A stretch of 32,000 nucleotides of DNA from the NCBI GenBank assembly GCA_022843095.1, contig JALHOH010000001.1, forward strand, positions 270,001 through 302,000, written 5' to 3'. Numbering within the stretch: the stretch's first letter is position 1; every line of letters begins with the position of its first letter. This DNA comes from Candidatus Saccharimonadota bacterium. Its GTDB lineage: Bacteria; Patescibacteriota; Patescibacteriia; 2-12-FULL-60-25. The notes beneath the pieces are model-generated. The model was not told the origin of the DNA and searched no databases. It saw only the letters and a list, made by a program, of their open reading frames with translations. The position numbers and the translations under genes are program-made. Of the stretch, positions 23,159-31,987 are shown piece after piece.

Positions 23159-24742
23159 TTACTGGACAATGTCTCCGGGTGAATACAGCGTATTCAGATA
23201 GACGCTTGGCGTATATCCATCCAACGAGGTGAGCGCGGAACCAAATCGATACTGCGTCGCAAATGCCTCGGAGAGATCATGAACCTTCGCCGCCCAATTC
23301 ACCCCGTGAAACGCCTTCGCAAGCTCTTCCGTGGAAACCCAGCGCAGGACGTTCGGAGAAATGATGGCGTAGACCTTGGGATCGCTTGGGAATTTGATGA
23401 GCTGTTTCCCAGGAAAATAGGTCACCGCGCTTCCAAGGGGGAGCGAGGCGAGCTGTTCCGGGGTCACGATCACGACGCCCTGAAAATTTGCGTACCAACT
23501 GCGATAGATGTGTGGATTTGGAAACGGATGGCGTTGCGTCAATCGGCTGACGTAATACACGGTCGTATCTTCTTGCGTGGCGGGATTCCCGTCGTCCTTT
23601 AGCTTAATCAGTTTTCCTTGAAGTGACGCGAGACTGATCGGAGGGGTCGAGGTGGACGGAGTGCCGGGAACGGGGGAGGGTTCTGGCGTTCCAAAGACAC
23701 GTGGCTCGAATCGAATCATGGGGCGATCTTCCAGCGAAATTCCCCCAACGACCGCGCTTACGTATCCGGACGTTACCGCATTTGCCGTGGCGCGCGTTTC
23801 AAATCGTCCAGCGCTGTCGGTCAACCCCGTTTCTTTTTCAAGGCGCGCATCCGCTCCAACCCGGAGTGCAACGGTGAGTCCGGACATAGGGGCGCCTCCC
23901 GCATCCTTCGCCTCCACGATGACGGTCACCGCCGTTGTTCCATCGGTGCGCCCCGGGTTTCCTTCTAAACGTAAGCGCGAGACATTCGGGGAAAGAATTC
24001 CTGGACCCGTTCCGGTCGCCCCCGTGACCGGGCCGCGGTCGGGAAGCTTGGTGGGATCCGTGATCGTCAGCATCACTGGTTTTAGCGCAACAGAGCCGAC
24101 GGTCGGGGTCAAAACGGCGTTTCCGACGCTGTATCCCGTGATGTCCCATGTGGCACGCCCGGTGAGATCCGTGCTTGTGGTATTTTGTCGGATACGAACC
24201 CCAGAAAACGTGTTGCCAAGCGTGACGGACTGGCCTTGGAGGGGGGAGCCGTACTGATTTTTTGCGTAGATGGTCAGCGTCGAAGTTGTTTTATCATCCG
24301 CTGGAATACTTCCAAACGTGAGCGCGGCCGTTGATTGTGCCGCATCCGCAACCGTGGGGGCGACAGGGGAAAGCGAATACGTGGCAGACCCGCAATTCCC
24401 CTCAGCAGGTACGATGGCGTTTGATTGTAGCGTTTGATACCCGCTTGCGATGACGAGTACGTAATAGGTGCCCGGAGATAGACGAACGGTCGCCTCGCCA
24501 TTCCCGTTTGTAAACGTCTGCGCATCATCCGGCAATGTCGTTAAAAGATTGTCCGCCGGACGCGAAAACGTTGGTTCGAGGTACACCTCGATGCGTGCAT
24601 TCGCGACCTTGTTTGCCGTGGCCCAAACCTGAAACGTAAACAGGTGTTCGGATCCCATGCATGCCGCAGCGGCTTGGCGTGGGGAAGAAACGGTCGCGGT
24701 GGCAAGGAGCATCGCGAGAAGGAATAGGGAAACGCGTCGCAT
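23159..24742 (-). CDS. Secreted/cell-surface protein: signal peptide, CarboxypepD_reg-like domain, two Big_1-type Ig-like domains, Pro-rich linker, conserved C-terminal domain
   Basis: The signal peptide is MRRVSLFLLAMLLATATVSSPRQAAAA. ARIEVYLE...NGNGEATVRLSPGTYYVLVIASGY is the CarboxypepD_reg-like domain. DDKTTSTLTIYAKNQYGSPLQGQSVTL...TDLTGRATWDITG and TDGTTAVTVIVEAKDAGGAPMSGLTVAL...TDSAGRFETRATA are invasin/intimin-like Ig repeats. The ORF-track extension to 25516 is Arg-rich and overlaps the opposite-strand gene. Confidence 0.7.
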   Translation of the reverse strand: MRRVSLFLLAMLLATATVSSPRQAAAACMGSEHLFTFQVWATANKVANARIEVYLEPTFSRPADNLLTTLPDDAQTFTNGNGEATVRLSPGTYYVLVIASGYQTLQSNAIVPAEGNCGSATYSLSPVAPTVADAAQSTAALTFGSIPADDKTTSTLTIYAKNQYGSPLQGQSVTLGNTFSGVRIRQNTTSTDLTGRATWDITGYSVGNAVLTPTVGSVALKPVMLTITDPTKLPDRGPVTGATGTGPGILSPNVSRLRLEGNPGRTDGTTAVTVIVEAKDAGGAPMSGLTVALRVGADARLEKETGLTDSAGRFETRATANAVTSGYVSAVVGGISLEDRPMIRFEPRVFGTPEPSPVPGTPSTSTPPISLASLQGKLIKLKDDGNPATQEDTTVYYVSRLTQRHPFPNPHIYRSWYANFQGVVIVTPEQLASLPLGSAVTYFPGKQLIKFPSDPKVYAIISPNVLRWVSTEELAKAFHGVNWAAKVHDLSEAFATQYRFGSALTSLDGYTPSVYLNTLYSPGDIVQ

Positions 24743-24752
24743 AGATGACAAA

Positions 24753-24761
24753 AGTGTAGCA
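24753..24761 (-). promoter_or_regulatory. Extended -10 promoter box TGCTACACT (minus strand) for the surface-protein gene
   Basis: The reverse complement of 24740-24761 reads TGCTACACTTTTGTCATCTATG. The box ends 10 nt before the ATG, with no SD in between. Confidence 0.45.
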
Positions 24762-24880
24762 TGTTCGCAGGAAAAACGGCACGATTTCCGATCTCTTGAC
24801 GCAGTTGTCAGGACGTGATTCGCTGGTATTCCCTTCGTTCCCCAAGTCGAAGGGCGGTTCTTTACAGGAAGGTGTGGGTC

Positions 24881-26062
24881 ATGAAATCGGTAGAACGACT
24901 GGTCTGTTTGTTGATAGCCCTGCTTGTCACGTCGATCTTTGGTCGCGTGGCAGAGGCGCAGGAGTACCGCGTCGTCCGGGATACCCCGAGGATGCACTTT
25001 CGGACATATGTCCGAGAGACGTCCGCTCGGACGGGGGCGCCGGTCGCCGACGTAAGAAATGCGCTGCTCGCCGGGAATCCGGGAGATTTCATCCTGCGTG
25101 GCGTGGATGCCCGCGGTCGTGTCCATTGGGCACACAGCGGAGGCGCGAATACGTGGATGAATCGCCGTGCAGGACTGGTCGGTACGATGGTGACGCTCGC
25201 GAATTTTTGCCCGACGTGCGTTCGGCGTGATGTGTGGACCATCGAGGGTCGTCGCGTCTCGGTTCCGCAGACGCCTGCCGCGCTTGCGCGGTTTCAGGCG
25301 CTGGTTCCGGGGGTGGTGGCAGTTACGCCTCCGACGCCCGCTGTCACGACACCGACGCCCGCTGTGCAGGTACAGGCATCTCCGCCGGCAACACCGACGG
25401 TCGATGCGGCGCGCCTGCGTACGCTCGAAGAGGAGAATGCACGACTTGTGCGTGACAACGCCGATTTGCAGCGTCGCCTGTCGCAGCAGCCGCTTCCGAC
25501 CGAAGACTACGAGCACGTGCGTGCGGATCGACAGATGCGCGAGCAGTTGCGCGAGTCTTGGTCGTCAGGGGACGTGCTGAAGCTCGCGCTGATCCTTGCA
25601 CTTACGCTCATGATCGTGTTTCTCGCCCTTGGCGTCTTTGTTGGACGCATCCTCCCTCGATACGAAACCGTCGAGGAGCAGGCGGAGCGGGACAAGGTCG
25701 ATTCCGGACGCAAATCCGGTGTTGATCTCGAACACGAGTACGGTCTCCAGTCGATCCGCCCTCCTCCTGCTACGCAAGCTGTGACGCAAGGAGCGCCGGC
25801 CATTCCGCCTCCACCCCCTCCGCGTTCGGACGTGATGAGGGAGCTGAACAAGCTGGAGCAGGCGGATGCACAGGCGGATGCCTCTTCTGCGACGAGCGGA
25901 TTCCGACCGATTAAACAATTGGTGGTAAGCGACCGAACGGGGGAGGTGGTCGACGTCGAATACGTCGACCCTCCGAAGCCACCAAAAACCGGCGCAGAAC
26001 ACGCCGGTCCGGATGAAAACACGATAGACCTCGACGCCGTGCGCAAACGCCGCACGTCCTGA
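24881..26062 (+). CDS. Bitopic membrane protein C: signal peptide, ~205-aa ectodomain with a FimV-like LysM-ish N-terminus, one TM helix, ~135-aa Pro-rich cytoplasmic tail
   Basis: AGGAAGG SD is present. The signal peptide is MKSVERLVCLLIALLVTSIFGRVAEAQ|E, followed by YRVVRDTPRMHF...VADVRNALLAGNPGDFILRG. A TP-rich linker and the coiled coil ARLRTLEEENARLVRDNADLQRRL precede the TM helix LKLALILALTLMIVFLALGVFVG. The tail contains PPPPPP and PPKPP. Confidence 0.65.
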   Translation: MKSVERLVCLLIALLVTSIFGRVAEAQEYRVVRDTPRMHFRTYVRETSARTGAPVADVRNALLAGNPGDFILRGVDARGRVHWAHSGGANTWMNRRAGLVGTMVTLANFCPTCVRRDVWTIEGRRVSVPQTPAALARFQALVPGVVAVTPPTPAVTTPTPAVQVQASPPATPTVDAARLRTLEEENARLVRDNADLQRRLSQQPLPTEDYEHVRADRQMREQLRESWSSGDVLKLALILALTLMIVFLALGVFVGRILPRYETVEEQAERDKVDSGRKSGVDLEHEYGLQSIRPPPATQAVTQGAPAIPPPPPPRSDVMRELNKLEQADAQADASSATSGFRPIKQLVVSDRTGEVVDVEYVDPPKPPKTGAEHAGPDENTIDLDAVRKRRTS

Positions 26063-26121
26063 GGATGATTGATGCAGTGAGAGAACGCTCACCTTCCTGA
26101 GCGAAGACGTACTTGGGTGAA

Positions 26122-26143
26122 CCCCCGCCAAACTTGGCGGGGG
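26122..26143. terminator. Bidirectional terminator hairpin between protein C and the convergent ABC permease gene
   Basis: cccccgcc-aaactt-ggcggggg followed by atttatgtttt. Confidence 0.75.
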
Positions 26144-26145
26144 AT

Positions 26146-28386
26146 TTATGTTTTCGCAGTGACGCGATAGGGGACGCTCGCCAACCGCCGACGTCGGAAA
26201 TACCGATATCCGCCGATGCCGCCCAGAGCCAGCAGGACGCCGATCATGTTTCCATATGTCACGATCGTCACCTGGATGTCACGTTCCACAAGTAATCGTC
26301 GAGAGACCGTCTGCTTGGAGGCAAGCGCGGCAAGCGATTCTTCCGCGGCAAGATGGCTCATGGATTCAGCCAAGAACACCAGGTTTTCAGGCGCATTTCC
26401 CACAAACATGTCCGACGCAAAGCTCGCGCTTCCAAGGACGATGATCTGTCCACGGCGGCCGTTTGCGCCCGGCTCTTTTGCAGTCAGGTGCCAGCCCAGC
26501 GATTGTGCTCCGGTTTGTTCCGAGGTTGGGCGTTCATTCGGCGCGACATTCGCCGAGCCGACCTGTCGACCCCCTGCCGGGGTCGTGGCGAGGATGCGAT
26601 TTGCCGTAAACCCGGCGGCGTCTACCCGTGCGGGATCAAGGGCGAACGCCGTCGCCCAGGGAAGCACGACCGTTTGAATGGCATTTGCCGCAGGTGCGCC
26701 GGAGAGGACCTGAACACGTGGCCAAAACGCGTAGGGCAACACATATCCGGCACCCGCTCCACCGACGCGGACGGTTTCATTCGCATTCACATCAAAGGCG
26801 ATCCCTTCTTCGGGGGTAATGCCCACCATGGAGAGAAGCTCGCGCGGACGGGGGAGCGGTGTTGCGATCATGCTGACCGGATTCACATCGGACCCTTCGT
26901 AGAGCACAAGGAGTGATCCGCCATCGCGTACGTACGAAAGGATGGCGTCGCGTGTGGAGGTGGAAAGATCTTCGGTCGGCGCTGCCGTGACCAATACCGC
27001 CGTTCCGGTCGGTACCATTGGTGTTCCGCTCGCCATCAAAAGTTCTTCTAACTGGAATTGTGTTTCCAACGCTTCCGACACCTGTGCAAATGATCCTTGG
27101 AAGGACTGTTCACCCGAACCGGTCAAAAAGCGGATGACCGGTTTTTCTTTGACGGTCAGCGCATGGAGTTGCGAGGTGAGTTGGTATTCCAGCGCATCCG
27201 TTTGCGGGACAAACGGCAGGGCTTTCGTGGAGCTCCCTTGCGAAAGCGCAATGCCTAAAAAGCCATGTTGAACCTGGAACTCGCCTCGACCGATCACATT
27301 AAACTGAACGGGTTGGATGCCGCGTTCTTTGGCTTCTGCTTCGATATCCGGCCGCGTGGGATCCTTGGTCTCGACACGGATGCGGTCTCCGCCGATACGC
27401 GCATAGTCGGCAAGCGTATCGCGGATGTCACGAAGCGCAGGTTGCAATTGTGCGGGCAATTTGGGCGAGGCGTAGAGGGTCAGGGTGACCGGTTCTCCGA
27501 GTCCCTGAAGCACGCGTCGCGTCCCTTCCGTGATCGTGAATTTGCCATTGCTTGTCAGGTCCAATCGTCCGGGAATACGTGTGGCGATGAGGGTTGATCC
27601 AACAAGAGCGGCGCAGACCATGACCGCGGTTGCGGCGCCGCGTACCTGCTGCCACGCGGCAATTCCGGCACGGCGCCGTCGGAGCGAAAGCCAGGCGATC
27701 GTGAGCGGAATGAGCGTCGCGGCAAGCGTATACCACGCATCGCGCACGTCGATGACCCCGCGTCCCATGTTGTAGAGGTGACTTGTTGGAGACAGGAACT
27801 CGAGGATCGGGGCAAGCGTAAGCGGGATGAGTTGGGTGACAAACTCGAATCCGGCGATGATGAGAAAAAACCCAAGTGCAATCGTGACCAGGATGCTGCT
27901 GATTTGGTGTTTAAAAAACGATGAAACCGTCACACCAAGCGCAACCATCGGCGCAAGGAAGAGAATGGATGCAAGATACTGCGCAACGATGACGCCCCAT
28001 TCAAACGAGCCAAACGCGGAAAGACTGAGCGCAAGCGGGAAGATCACCGTCATTCCGGCTGAGGCAAAGAGCCAAGCGCCAAGCCATTTTCCGGCGACGA
28101 TTTCCTGTTCTTTGATCGGATGGGTAAACAAAAGCTCCAGCGTGCCACTCGATCGTTCTTCTGCAAACGATCCCATGGTGATCGCGCTTGCGAGAATGAG
28201 TCCAAGCCACGGGAGCGTATCAAACAGCGAACGAAGCGACGCCTCTCCGATCAAAAACACGTTCCGGAAAAACAGGAATTCCCAGAGCAAGAGGATGACC
28301 GCAAGTACGATGTACGCCGTTGGGGCATCAAACAACGCACGCCATTCTTTTTTTGCCAGGTTCCACACCGAAGAAAAACGGATCAT
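26146..28386 (-). CDS. ABC-2 type permease (GldF-like) fused to a GldG-like auxiliary domain with a C-terminal TM anchor
   Basis: The N-terminal ~240 aa have six hydrophobic helices typical of ABC-2 permeases. The following ~470 aa resemble the ABC-type uncharacterized transport system/GldG layout. The protein ends with the TM helix VTIVTYGNMIGVLLALGGIGGY. Confidence 0.75.
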   Translation of the reverse strand: MIRFSSVWNLAKKEWRALFDAPTAYIVLAVILLLWEFLFFRNVFLIGEASLRSLFDTLPWLGLILASAITMGSFAEERSSGTLELLFTHPIKEQEIVAGKWLGAWLFASAGMTVIFPLALSLSAFGSFEWGVIVAQYLASILFLAPMVALGVTVSSFFKHQISSILVTIALGFFLIIAGFEFVTQLIPLTLAPILEFLSPTSHLYNMGRGVIDVRDAWYTLAATLIPLTIAWLSLRRRRAGIAAWQQVRGAATAVMVCAALVGSTLIATRIPGRLDLTSNGKFTITEGTRRVLQGLGEPVTLTLYASPKLPAQLQPALRDIRDTLADYARIGGDRIRVETKDPTRPDIEAEAKERGIQPVQFNVIGRGEFQVQHGFLGIALSQGSSTKALPFVPQTDALEYQLTSQLHALTVKEKPVIRFLTGSGEQSFQGSFAQVSEALETQFQLEELLMASGTPMVPTGTAVLVTAAPTEDLSTSTRDAILSYVRDGGSLLVLYEGSDVNPVSMIATPLPRPRELLSMVGITPEEGIAFDVNANETVRVGGAGAGYVLPYAFWPRVQVLSGAPAANAIQTVVLPWATAFALDPARVDAAGFTANRILATTPAGGRQVGSANVAPNERPTSEQTGAQSLGWHLTAKEPGANGRRGQIIVLGSASFASDMFVGNAPENLVFLAESMSHLAAEESLAALASKQTVSRRLLVERDIQVTIVTYGNMIGVLLALGGIGGYRYFRRRRLASVPYRVTAKT

Positions 28387-28395
28387 AGAGGAAAA

Positions 28396-29316
28396 TTAGA
28401 CGTCTTTGGTGAGGGTTTGAAACAGGGATTCAAGCGTCGGTCTCCGTTCTGCGAGAGACCAGATCGTCCAGTTTCGCGCGATCGCTTCTTGCATGAGCGC
28501 GGGTTGGAGCGCAGCGGCGTCGGGGTGCAGGGTAAGCGTTCCGCGTACGCGCGTTCCTGTTCGGGTCAGTTGGACATCCTTCACGCCGGGAAGGGCGGCG
28601 AGTCGCGTTTCCTGTTCAGCGCCTTCAATGTCCAGATCCACGGTGCGGACATCGGCACCAAAGAGCGTTTGCTGTGTTCCATCCGCAACCAGGTGTCCGC
28701 GATGGATGAGCAGAAACCGATCGCACATGGCCGCGGCTTCTCCCAAGATATGCGTCGAAAGAATCACGGTGTGTTCTTTTGCCAGCCCTTTGATGAGCGC
28801 CCGAATATCGCCGCGCTGGTTTGGATCGAGCCCCTCGGTTGGTTCATCCAAGATGATCACTCGCGGACGATGGAGAATGGCGGCAGCAATGCCGACGCGT
28901 TGCTTGAATCCCTTGGAGAGTTCGCCAATCGGTCGGTGGTAGACGTCCTCTAAGCCGGCGGCGGGAACGGCAAAATCCAGCGCTTCCTGTCGGGCGGAAA
29001 GCGGAATCTGTTTCATGTCCGCCGACCAAGACAAGAAGTCGGAGACGAGCATGTCTTTGTACAACGGATTGCTCTCCGGGAGATAGCCGATCACGGATTG
29101 CGCCGCTTCGCGAGCGGTTTGCAAATCTTTGCCATCCACGGTGATCGTCCCCGCGTCCGGGGTTAATGCGCCCGTCATCATCCGAAGGGTCGTGGTTTTT
29201 CCGGCGCCGTTCGGGCCCAAGAAACCAACGATTTCACCCGGCGCGATGGTAAACGAAAGATCGGCGACAGCGACGCGTTCGCCGAAGCGTTTGGTCACGT
29301 GTGAAAGGGAAATCAT
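28396..29316 (-). CDS. ABC transporter ATP-binding protein (GldA-like)
   Basis: Walker A is GPNGAGKTTT, the signature is LSKGFKQRVGIA and Walker B is IILDEPTEGLD. Confidence 0.95.
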   Translation of the reverse strand: MISLSHVTKRFGERVAVADLSFTIAPGEIVGFLGPNGAGKTTTLRMMTGALTPDAGTITVDGKDLQTAREAAQSVIGYLPESNPLYKDMLVSDFLSWSADMKQIPLSARQEALDFAVPAAGLEDVYHRPIGELSKGFKQRVGIAAAILHRPRVIILDEPTEGLDPNQRGDIRALIKGLAKEHTVILSTHILGEAAAMCDRFLLIHRGHLVADGTQQTLFGADVRTVDLDIEGAEQETRLAALPGVKDVQLTRTGTRVRGTLTLHPDAAALQPALMQEAIARNWTIWSLAERRPTLESLFQTLTKDV

Positions 29317-29349
29317 AGGTGACCAACTCTTAGCATATTTTCGTTCGCC

Positions 29350-30855
29350 TTAAAATATCGCGTTCAGGCGTTTTTTGATCTCTTCGAGAGCGTCTTCACG
29401 CGTCCGAATGGTTCCGTCGTCGCGTAATGCTTCGATTTCTGCGATCAGGCGTCCCATCGTTGGACCGGGTGCGACCCCAAGGGCCAACAAATCGTCTCCC
29501 CGAAGCAATGGTTGTACCGGGGCTTGATCCAGGGCATGGGTACGGATGGCTTCGATGAGCGCATCGCCGTAGTCGAAAGGTATCTCTGCGGCGTTTGGGA
29601 TCCCGCGTCCACGAAAATCCGCTTCTGCGACCGCAAGAAGCACCTGCCAGGGGACGGGGTGAATGCGCTTCAGAAGCTTGCGAACAGCGTTGACGTAGTG
29701 CTCTGGGGAAAGCGATCCCTGCGCACGCTGCAAATACAGCTGGCTGGGTTTGAGATGTTCTTCTGCCGCGACGCGTGCGGCGTCCAAGACGGAGGCGCCA
29801 AATGTCCAACGGGCCAGCAGGGTTTCGGTCGGAGGTACGCCCGCCTCTTCATGGCCAAGCGATCGGATACGAGGGATGCCATCTTTTTCGCCCAGTTTGG
29901 TCGTCGAAGGCTTGCCAAGATCATGACAAAGCGCGCCCAGCATCACTTGCAGCGCCTCGACCGATCCGGGGAGGATGCCATACCCCTGACGCGCAAGAAT
30001 CGCGGCAGCGGCATCGACCACAAGCAAGGTATGCACCCACACATCTCCCTCCGGATGCCATTCCGGTTCCTGGGGCGTTCCGATGCAGGCGGCAAGTTCA
30101 GGATAATCGCGCGCGATGATGCCGAGATCACGAAGCAGGGTAAGTCCAAGGGATGGACGATGCGCGCGTAAAAAGAGCTTGCGCAGTTCTTCGGTCACGC
30201 GTTCCTTGGAAAGGTGCGCCAGCATCCCATCCTCCACCATGCGTGTGAGTAACGCGCGCGTGTCCGGATCCAGCGTCGCTTCAAACCGTGCGGCAAACTG
30301 GACGGCGCGGTAGATGCGAAGCGGATCCTCCACAAACGTCGTCGCATCCACAACGCGCAGTCGCCGTGCACGAATGTCTGCCTCCCCATGGAACGGATCG
30401 ATAAGCGCGCCGGTACGCACGTCCAAGAGCAGCGCGTTCATCGTAAAATCACGGCGTCGGCAGGCATCCTCAAAGGAAAGATGCGGATCACCGGTCACGG
30501 CAAAATCCGCATGTCCTTCGCCCGTTTTGGATTCACGGCGGGGGAGCGCAAGATCGATCGTGACGCCGGGTTCGACCACGAGTTTAAGAACGGCGAATGC
30601 GTCGCCCACGGTAAGCACGCGCGCCGCTCCAAACTGCCGTTCAAGCAAGGCGCGTAAGGTGGATGCCGGTACGCCGTAGATTTCTAGGTCGGCATCGTCC
30701 GAGGGGCGCGAAAGGAGTGCATCACGAACACACCCTCCCACAAAAAAGGCGCGTGGCGGTTGCGCGCCCAGGGAATCCTGTGGCAGTGCCGCAATGGCGG
30801 CAGCGATCGCGCGACAGGTTTCCGTGAGGGCGGGATGGGTGAAGGCGGGGAACAT
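29350..30855 (-). CDS. cca: CCA tRNA nucleotidyltransferase with HD domain
   Basis: The polymerase-beta head motifs are FFVGGCVRDALL and DDADLE. The HD motif is LCHDLGKP. ATG 30855 is preferred over the TTG 30891, which would overlap hflX. Confidence 0.9.
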   Translation of the reverse strand: MFPAFTHPALTETCRAIAAAIAALPQDSLGAQPPRAFFVGGCVRDALLSRPSDDADLEIYGVPASTLRALLERQFGAARVLTVGDAFAVLKLVVEPGVTIDLALPRRESKTGEGHADFAVTGDPHLSFEDACRRRDFTMNALLLDVRTGALIDPFHGEADIRARRLRVVDATTFVEDPLRIYRAVQFAARFEATLDPDTRALLTRMVEDGMLAHLSKERVTEELRKLFLRAHRPSLGLTLLRDLGIIARDYPELAACIGTPQEPEWHPEGDVWVHTLLVVDAAAAILARQGYGILPGSVEALQVMLGALCHDLGKPSTTKLGEKDGIPRIRSLGHEEAGVPPTETLLARWTFGASVLDAARVAAEEHLKPSQLYLQRAQGSLSPEHYVNAVRKLLKRIHPVPWQVLLAVAEADFRGRGIPNAAEIPFDYGDALIEAIRTHALDQAPVQPLLRGDDLLALGVAPGPTMGRLIAEIEALRDDGTIRTREDALEEIKKRLNAIF

Positions 30856-30862
30856 GTCCGTA

Positions 30863-31987
30863 TCATGCCCGTGCCGGAACCTTCGACGCAATACGTGCCT
30901 TGAGATCCGGGATTCCGGCGCCAGAGGCGGCGCTCACAAACACCGGTTCATAGGCGGCATACCGCTTTTTTAAGACGGAACGCGGTGTTGCGACACCCAG
31001 ATCGGATTTATTGAAGACGTACAGGGTCGGGAGGTCGTGCGCCCCGATTTGTTGCAGCACCAGTTCCACATCGCGGATTTTTTCTTCGACATGCGGATCG
31101 CTTGCGTCGATCACGTGAAGGAGTAAATCCGCCTCTACGGTTTCCTCAAGCGTAGAACGAAAGGCATCGATCAGTTGCGGGGGAAGGTCTTGGATGAACC
31201 CGATCGTATCCGAAAGGAGAATCTTTTGCGGCGCGCCGGTTTCTGACGGAAACACCAGTTCGCCGACACGGGTATCAAGTGTCGCAAACAACGCATTGGC
31301 CACATACGCCCCCTTTTTGGTGAGCGCATTCAGCAGGGAAGACTTTCCGGCGTTGGTATAGCCGACCAGCGAAACCGTCTTTAGCCCCATGCGTGTGCGG
31401 CGAGCACGATGGAGCGCCCGGGTGGCAGCCACGCGTTCCAATTCTTTGCGAATGTGTTTTTCCTGCTGCGCCAAGTGGCGTTTCATGAGCTCGGTGTTGG
31501 TTTCTCCTTGACCACCACGGACGCCAACGCCACCCACCTGTTGCATCATTTCAAATCCCATCCCAAAGATGCGCGGCCCCATGTGTTTGATCGCCGCGAG
31601 TTTAATTTGGAGTTTCGCCTCATTTGTTTTGGCGTGCTTATCGAAGATTTTGAGGATCAAATCCACGCGATCCCAGGCCTTCATCGGCGTTTTTGCACGT
31701 CGGAGGCGCTCTTCAATTTCAAAGAGTTGTTTGGGTTTTAACAAGTTATTCACGATCAAGAGATCCGCATTGTGCGCGCGACCTTCTTCGATGAGCGCGT
31801 CCAGTTTTCCCTTGCCTATGTACGTTTGGTAGTCCGGCGCCGTGCGTTTTTGATCCCGTTTCACGATCACCATGCCGCCATAGGTGCGCGTCAGTAACTC
31901 CAATTCCGCCATGCGGCGTTCAGCCGTGGCGGGGGTGCAGGAGGGCGGGATGACGTCGACCAGGATGGCGCGGGGGAGAGAAGTCAT
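30863..31987 (-). CDS. hflX: GTPase HflX
   Basis: The N-terminal HflX domain is followed by G1 (GYTNAGKSSLLNALT), G3 (DTIGFI) and G4 (NKSD). Confidence 0.95.
   Translation of the reverse strand: MTSLPRAILVDVIPPSCTPATAERRMAELELLTRTYGGMVIVKRDQKRTAPDYQTYIGKGKLDALIEEGRAHNADLLIVNNLLKPKQLFEIEERLRRAKTPMKAWDRVDLILKIFDKHAKTNEAKLQIKLAAIKHMGPRIFGMGFEMMQQVGGVGVRGGQGETNTELMKRHLAQQEKHIRKELERVAATRALHRARRTRMGLKTVSLVGYTNAGKSSLLNALTKKGAYVANALFATLDTRVGELVFPSETGAPQKILLSDTIGFIQDLPPQLIDAFRSTLEETVEADLLLHVIDASDPHVEEKIRDVELVLQQIGAHDLPTLYVFNKSDLGVATPRSVLKKRYAAYEPVFVSAASGAGIPDLKARIASKVPARA

Noticed and set aside
24743-25516. N-terminal 258-aa extension of the surface-protein ORF (the track gives 23159-25516)
   Set aside because: The extension is Arg/Cys/His-rich and lies antisense to protein C, which has an SD, a signal peptide and a TM helix. 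The internal Met at 24742 starts a textbook signal peptide and follows an extended -10 box.
25507-26131. Minus-strand ORFs of 182 and 188 aa opposite the 3' half of protein C
   Set aside because: They are Ser/Arg/Cys-rich antisense frames ending inside the bidirectional terminator region, with no start context.
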